From IMG/VR virus record IMGVR_UViG_2671180501_000005: DNA of 12,902 bases; one strand, 5' to 3'. The stretch comes from a virus (Duplodnaviria; Heunggongvirae; Uroviricota; Caudoviricetes). Positions 8,322 to 12,902 of this stretch are shown one piece after another. Each line of letters opens with the position of its first letter. The first letter of the stretch is position 1. The notes beneath the pieces were generated by a model that made no database searches, was not told the DNA's origin, and was given only the letters and a program-made list of their open reading frames with translations. Position numbers and translations under genes: made by a program.

Positions 8322-9713
8322 TCAAAAGAAACGCTCCATCTTACTGCTGTCGGTACGTGTATTGCTGTATCTGCGCGGCTGGGGCTGCCGCATTGGGGTG
8401 GAAAGAACCTGTGCGCTTTCCTGGTCCACAGGCAGAAAATGTCCGTTATAAAAACGCCGGTAAATCGTCCCCAGAGAACCGTTACGTTGTTTCGTGATAT
8501 TAATTTCTGCTATGCCTGTAGCCTGTGTATCCGGGTTGTACACTTCATCCCTGTAAAGCATCAGAATGATGTCTGCATCCGCCTCTATTTCTCCGGAATT
8601 TTTCAGGTCTGAGTTCATGGGACGTTTATTGGGTCTGGACTCCACACCGCGGGAGAGCTGGCTCAGCGCAATCAACGGAAAACCACCGGATTTTGCCAGG
8701 CCTTTAAGCCCCTTTGAGATTTCACCCACGGCAAGGTCATGACGCCCCGTGGTTCGGGTTTTTATCAGCCCGAGATAATCAACCACCACCAGCGCCGTTT
8801 CCGGATGTTTAATCAGATGGTGTTTCGTTGTTGCGCATATCTCATCAATGGTCAGGTTCGCCTGGTCCACCATCCAGATATTGCGCCCGGTCATCCGCCC
8901 CACCCCTTGTGAGAAACGCGCCCAGTCTTCATCTTCAAAGTGAGCCACAGATTTCAGGCGTGATACTGGCATCCCTCCAGCCGCAGACACCATACGTTCA
9001 CCAATCTGGATGTTCGCCATCTCCATGGTGAACAGAAGCACACCATGCCCCTGCTCAGTCACCTTGTCGATGATGTCCAGCGCAAGTTCGGTTTTCCCCA
9101 TCGAAGGACGGGCGGCAATGAATACCAGGTCTCCGGGCTCCATACCGCCTGTTTTTGCGTCCAGTTCATCAATACCGGTCATCAACGTCCTGGATTTCTC
9201 CAGCCCCTGATTCCGGCATTCAACACGCTCAACCACTTCCGGAAGCACATCATCAATATGTACCGGCTGAATGACGCCCTTTCCTGTCGACAGTGTGACC
9301 ATCATGTTCTGCGCATCCTTCAGGGCATCTTCAGCTGCTTCACAGGTATGCGCATCACGTAATTTCTGCAGCGCCTCATTCAGTGTTTTTTCTGCATCGC
9401 GCAGTGCGGCATTGCGCCGCAACGCTGCAACATAGTGCTCCAGTGAAGACTTCACCCAGGTTTTACGCCCGGTATCAGTAATCACCGGGGCAAGTTCCGG
9501 CATCTCATTACACAACAGCACGGGGTCAATCACTCCTGAAACACGGGCCTGTCTGCAGATGCCTGTGTAGATATCCCGATACGCTCGTACAGAAAAAATG
9601 TCCGCCGGTAGTGTGATCAGAATATCCATCACTTCATGATCTGCCCCACGCAGAAAGAATGCGCCAATGACAGCGCCTTCCAGGTCATCATTACGCCAGA
9701 CTGGTGTTGTCAT
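8322..9713 (-). CDS. DnaB-like replicative DNA helicase
   Basis: Walker A-like SMGKTELALDI, DnaB-like C-terminal motifs and N-terminal domain. Start taken at ATG 9713 (MTTPVWRNDDLEG); the track's longer N-terminal extension runs into the IS2 end and is not credible. Confidence 0.85.
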   Translation of the reverse strand: MTTPVWRNDDLEGAVIGAFFLRGADHEVMDILITLPADIFSVRAYRDIYTGICRQARVSGVIDPVLLCNEMPELAPVITDTGRKTWVKSSLEHYVAALRRNAALRDAEKTLNEALQKLRDAHTCEAAEDALKDAQNMMVTLSTGKGVIQPVHIDDVLPEVVERVECRNQGLEKSRTLMTGIDELDAKTGGMEPGDLVFIAARPSMGKTELALDIIDKVTEQGHGVLLFTMEMANIQIGERMVSAAGGMPVSRLKSVAHFEDEDWARFSQGVGRMTGRNIWMVDQANLTIDEICATTKHHLIKHPETALVVVDYLGLIKTRTTGRHDLAVGEISKGLKGLAKSGGFPLIALSQLSRGVESRPNKRPMNSDLKNSGEIEADADIILMLYRDEVYNPDTQATGIAEINITKQRNGSLGTIYRRFYNGHFLPVDQESAQVLSTPMRQPQPRRYSNTRTDSSKMERFF

Positions 9714-9817
9714 GCAGCCACACCTCTGATACAAGAACGGTAGCTGGGCCAGTTGAACGACAACCAGTTGCGCCCCCCGTCTGTGATCCTGTCGGCAATG
9801 CGGGGGCTGATGAACGC
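9710..9817 (-). pseudogene. 3' remnant (about 35 codons) of an upstream phage replication gene truncated by IS2
   Basis: Open frame ...AFISPRIADRITDGGRNWLSFNWPSYRSCIRGVAA ending in TGA that overlaps the helicase ATG (ATGA), running without a start directly from the IS2 terminus. Confidence 0.3.
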
Positions 9818-9828
9818 TGGATTTGCCC

Positions 9829-10734
9829 CTATATTTCCAGACACCTGTTATCACTTAACCCATTACTGGCTTGCTGCCGTAGATATTCCCGTGGCGAGCG
9901 ATAACCCAGTGCACTATGCGGATGCCATTCGTTATAATGCTCGAACGCCTCTGCAAGGTTCTTTGCTGCCGTTAACCCGTCTGGTTTGGGCATGACACTG
10001 ATGTAGTCACGCTTTATCGTTTTCACGAAGCTCTCTGCTATGCCGTTACTCTCCGGACTCCGCACCGCCGTGCTCTTCGGTTCAAGCCCCAACATCCGGG
10101 CAAACTGCCGTGTTTCATTAGCCCGGTAGCATGAACCATTATCCGTCAGCCACTCTACTGGAGACGCCGGAAGCTCGTTGCCGAAGCGGCGTTCCACCGC
10201 TCCCAGCATGACGTCCTGTACTGTTTCACTGTTGAAGCCGCCCGTAGTGACCGCCCAGTGCAGTGCCTCACGGTCACAGCAGTCCAGCGCGAACGTGACT
10301 CGCAGTTTTTCTCCGTTATCACAGCGGAACTCGAACCCGTCAGAGCACCATCGCTGATTACTTTCTTTCACAGCCACTCTGCCTGTATGTGCCCGTTTCG
10401 ATGGCGGTACAGCAGGTTTTCGCTCAAGCAACAGCGCATTCTGGCGCATGATCCGGTAAACACGTTTGGCATTGATCGCAGGCATACCATCAAGTTCTGC
10501 CTGTCTGCGAAGCAGCGCCCATACCCGACGATAACCATACGTGGGCAGCTCTCCGATAACATGGTGTATACGGAGAAGCACATCCGTATCATCAGTGTGA
10601 CGACTGCGGCGGCCATCCATCCAGTCATCGGTTCGTCTGAGAATGACGTGCAACTGCGCACGCGACACCCGGAGACAACGGCTGACTAAGCTTACTCCCC
10701 ATCCCCGGGCAATAAGGGCGCGTGCGCTATCCAC
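9829..10734 (-). CDS. insD: IS2 transposase OrfB (InsD)
   Basis: 301-aa ORF matching InsD as recalled (DDE integrase core); overlaps insC at the A-AAA-AAG slippery heptamer (plus 10734-10740). Confidence 0.9.
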   Translation of the reverse strand: MDSARALIARGWGVSLVSRCLRVSRAQLHVILRRTDDWMDGRRSRHTDDTDVLLRIHHVIGELPTYGYRRVWALLRRQAELDGMPAINAKRVYRIMRQNALLLERKPAVPPSKRAHTGRVAVKESNQRWCSDGFEFRCDNGEKLRVTFALDCCDREALHWAVTTGGFNSETVQDVMLGAVERRFGNELPASPVEWLTDNGSCYRANETRQFARMLGLEPKSTAVRSPESNGIAESFVKTIKRDYISVMPKPDGLTAAKNLAEAFEHYNEWHPHSALGYRSPREYLRQQASNGLSDNRCLEI

Positions 10735-10977
10735 TTTTTTGCCCGTCCATATTCAACGGCTTCTTTGAGGAGTTCATTTTCCATCGTTTTCTTGCCGAGC
10801 AGGCGCTGGAGTTCTTTAATCTGCTTCATGGCGGCAGCAAGTTCAGAGGCAGGAACAACCTGTTCTCCGGCGGCCACAGCAGTAAGACTTCCTTCCTGGT
10901 ATTGCTTACGCCAGAGAAATAACTGGCTGGCTGCTACACCATGTTGCCGGGCAACGAGGGAGACCGTCATCCCCGGT
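10692..10977 (-). pseudogene. insC: IS2 OrfA (InsC), 5'-truncated
   Basis: Encodes ...[27 protein letters not shown]...LPGDGE, the C-terminal about 92 aa of InsC; similarity to IS2 stops at plus 10977, where unrelated sequence begins. Confidence 0.8.
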
Positions 10978-10985
10978 AACAGGGA

Positions 10986-11837
10986 TTAATCCGCATAAGC
11001 TGCCAGCATTTCCTGCGCCGCCAGTTTACCCAACGCATTCGCTGCGAAAGGACTGTCGCCGGTGAGAACTTTACGGTCCTTATGTACTCGCCCGGTGATG
11101 TCGTCATTAATAATGTTCATGCCCATTTTCTTCAGCTCTTCGCCGAAGTACCAGGTGAGATGACCCGGCATATAGCCTATCTCTGGCGTTTGTTTGTCTG
11201 CGGCGTCTGGGAATGCGCAAATGGAATAACCATTCAGTGGGTTATCGCCGTGGCGAAGCGCCAGAAAAGCCGCCGGGCCGTGGCAAAGGGAGATAACAAA
11301 ACGGTCATTTTTGATTGCCCACTGCAAAGCAGCAGCTACGTCCTGGCTTTCTGGTAAACCAATAAGTGCGCCATGACCACCAGGAACAAAGATTGCTGCA
11401 TATTCGCTATCAGCGTTGAGGCTGGCGACAACATCCGCGAGTTTCTTCGGATTGCGGAACAACGATTTATGCTGCTCAAAGAATGGCATTACTTTTTCAT
11501 CTTTGTGCGGCATAGCCCAGTATTCAAACTTGGTCATCAGACCGGAAATGGTCGCCACTTCGAATTCGAAACCAGCAGCATGGAGATGATACAACGGCAG
11601 CAACGTTTCAATCGGATGGTTACCGGTCGAGAACAGTTTTCCGTTATCGGTTGGCAAATAACGTTCGTCCGCGGCGATCACCAGAATTTTATGCTTACCG
11701 CGATACGGTTTTGGATAGTCCACGCCATCAAGATCAGAGACGGGACTGGTATATTGGCTAAGCGAATATTCTGAAGGGAAGAATGCATTATCTTCAGCAA
11801 TATCGACCTGCGGATTTTTACTTGTTTGAACAGTCAT
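10986..11837 (-). CDS. hchA: Hsp31 glyoxalase/chaperone HchA
   Basis: 283-aa ORF beginning MTVQTSKNPQVDIAEDNAFFPSEYSLSQYTSPVSDLDGVDYPKPYRGKHKILVIAADERYLPTDNGKLFSTGNHP, matching E. coli HchA as recalled; ATG start with AAGGA RBS. Confidence 0.9.
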   Translation of the reverse strand: MTVQTSKNPQVDIAEDNAFFPSEYSLSQYTSPVSDLDGVDYPKPYRGKHKILVIAADERYLPTDNGKLFSTGNHPIETLLPLYHLHAAGFEFEVATISGLMTKFEYWAMPHKDEKVMPFFEQHKSLFRNPKKLADVVASLNADSEYAAIFVPGGHGALIGLPESQDVAAALQWAIKNDRFVISLCHGPAAFLALRHGDNPLNGYSICAFPDAADKQTPEIGYMPGHLTWYFGEELKKMGMNIINDDITGRVHKDRKVLTGDSPFAANALGKLAAQEMLAAYAD

Positions 11838-12427
11838 AGTGTATTCCTTATTGTTGCTTAGTTAGGGTAGTCACTATATTTGCGACTGAGCTGGTCGCTA
11901 TTTTTAACCAGTCTGGAAAATTGAGTCAATATATCGAAAGCGGTAGTCGGCGGGTGTAAGTATGTAATGATGATGCTGCACTGGTGTTGAATATTATTCA
12001 CGCCAAATTTTCCTTATTGAGCAACGTCGTCGCAAGTGGCCTCAATGATTTTAGGCCATTATCAAAGGTACGGGGCGGCGGGGAGAGATTTAGTGCTGTG
12101 AAATATTGTGGTACTGATGAATATTTATATCGCGGATTGGTAGAGAAAAGATTATTTCATGCACTATTTTTGCAAATATTTCTATATGGGAAGCGTGTTT
12201 GTTACGGATTAATTCATAAAGAAATGCATTTGGGTGTTGGTTTGAAGAGTCGCTGGTTGATGTTATTGTGCCAGGAGGGGCAGGGTAAGGTGCTGTATCG
12301 ATATGCATTGGCAATTGCGTGTGCCGCAGATGGAGATGAAATGCCAATAAAAAAGCCTGAATTCGATGAGGGACGAACTCAGGCTAGTGTTTAGTTTTAC
12401 AGTAACACGCCGCAGCACGTTGGCTGA

Positions 12428-12798
12428 TTAGAACTGGTAGACTAAGCCCACACCAACAACGTCATCTGTTGCGATGCCATTGTTGTCATAGAAATCGTCA
12501 TCTTTATCCAACAAGTTTATTTTATAGTCAACATATGTTGAGAAGTTCTTATTGAAATAGTAGGTCGCTCCAATTTCAACATAGTTGACCAGATCCTGAT
12601 CAACATACTCCTGATGACCATTGTTGTTATAGTCGTTACCGCCGAGGTCTTTGCCTTTTGAATAAACATATGCAAGAGATGGGCGCAGACCAAAATCGAA
12701 CTGATACTGTGCTACAGCTTCAAAGTTCTGGGTTTTATTTGCGATACCCACATTACCATATGGTGTCATATTGCGGGTTTCAGCATACATCATTGCAA
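12428..12798 (-). pseudogene. OmpC-family porin gene (yedS-like), 3' portion only; interrupted by IS1
   Basis: Encodes the porin C-terminus (...[23 protein letters not shown]...[22 protein letters not shown]...GLVYQF); reading frame runs open to the IS1 junction at 12798/12799. Confidence 0.8.
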
Positions 12799-12902
12799 GG
12801 GTAATGACTCCAACTTATTGATAGTGTTTTATGTTCAGATAATGCCCGATGACTTTGTCATGCAGCTCCACCGATTTTGAGAACGACAGCGACTTCCGTC
12901 CC
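12799..12902 (-). mobile_element. IS1, partial (continues beyond window end)
   Basis: GGTAATGACTCCAACTTATTGATAGTGTTTTATGTTCAGATAATGCCCGATGACTTTGTCATGCAGCTCCACCGATTTTGAGAACGACAGCGACTTCCGTCCC matches an IS1 terminal inverted repeat and adjacent sequence as recalled; orientation places insAB on the minus strand. Confidence 0.9.

Larger units (their letters stand above)
9818..10977 (-). mobile_element. IS2 (IS3 family), truncated at its left end
   Basis: Right terminal sequence TGGATTTGCCCCTATATTTCCAGACACCTGTTATCACTTAA at 9818 onward matches the IS2 end as recalled; insD complete, insC lacking about 29 N-terminal codons and the left inverted repeat. About 1160 bp present of the about 1331 bp I recall for IS2. 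Confidence 0.9.

Noticed and set aside
8060-8612. Plus-strand ORFs 8060..8497, 8158..8451 and 8310..8612
   Set aside because: Cys/Ser-rich low-complexity translations antisense to the helicase 3' end and the small hypothetical ORF; no start context.
9714-9854. N-terminal extension of the helicase ORF (track start at 9854)
   Set aside because: The extension runs across the IS2 terminal repeat and translates as low-plausibility sequence; the ATG at 9713 overlaps an upstream stop (ATGA) and gives a DnaB-like N-terminus.
10258-10689. ORFs 10258..10689 (plus) and 10368..10661 (minus) inside IS2
   Set aside because: They lie antisense or out of frame within the insD coding region of a well-known IS element.
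11984-12394. ORFs in the hchA-porin intergenic region (11984..12394 plus, 12090..12347 minus)
   Set aside because: The region is AT-rich and looks like the hchA promoter/regulatory region; the ORFs overlap each other on opposite strands and neither has an RBS or a recognisable family. Not excluded, but unsupported.

Overview
This window reads as the late region of a defective lambdoid prophage in an Escherichia/Shigella-type chromosome, with every gene on the minus strand. In transcription order (high to low coordinate) it carries a DnaB-like helicase, a small hypothetical ORF, RusA, a Q antiterminator with a candidate pR-prime/tR-prime module, an ORF6N-domain cargo gene, four tandem tRNAs, a 395-N assembly gap, a lysis cassette (pinholin-like S, SAR endolysin, Rz with embedded Rz1), an HNH endonuclease, small and large terminase and an HK97-type portal. 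The prophage early side is cut off by a 5'-truncated IS2 that abuts the 3' end of the host gene hchA, and an OmpC-family porin gene beyond hchA is interrupted by IS1 at the window edge. I do not see a clearly novel multi-gene system; the best candidates for something undescribed are the cargo slot between Q and the lysis genes (partly hidden by the gap) and two small hypothetical ORFs. All homology calls are from memory of protein families (K-12 DLP12 essD/rrrD/quuD, lambda Rz/Rz1, IS1, IS2, HchA), not from any search.
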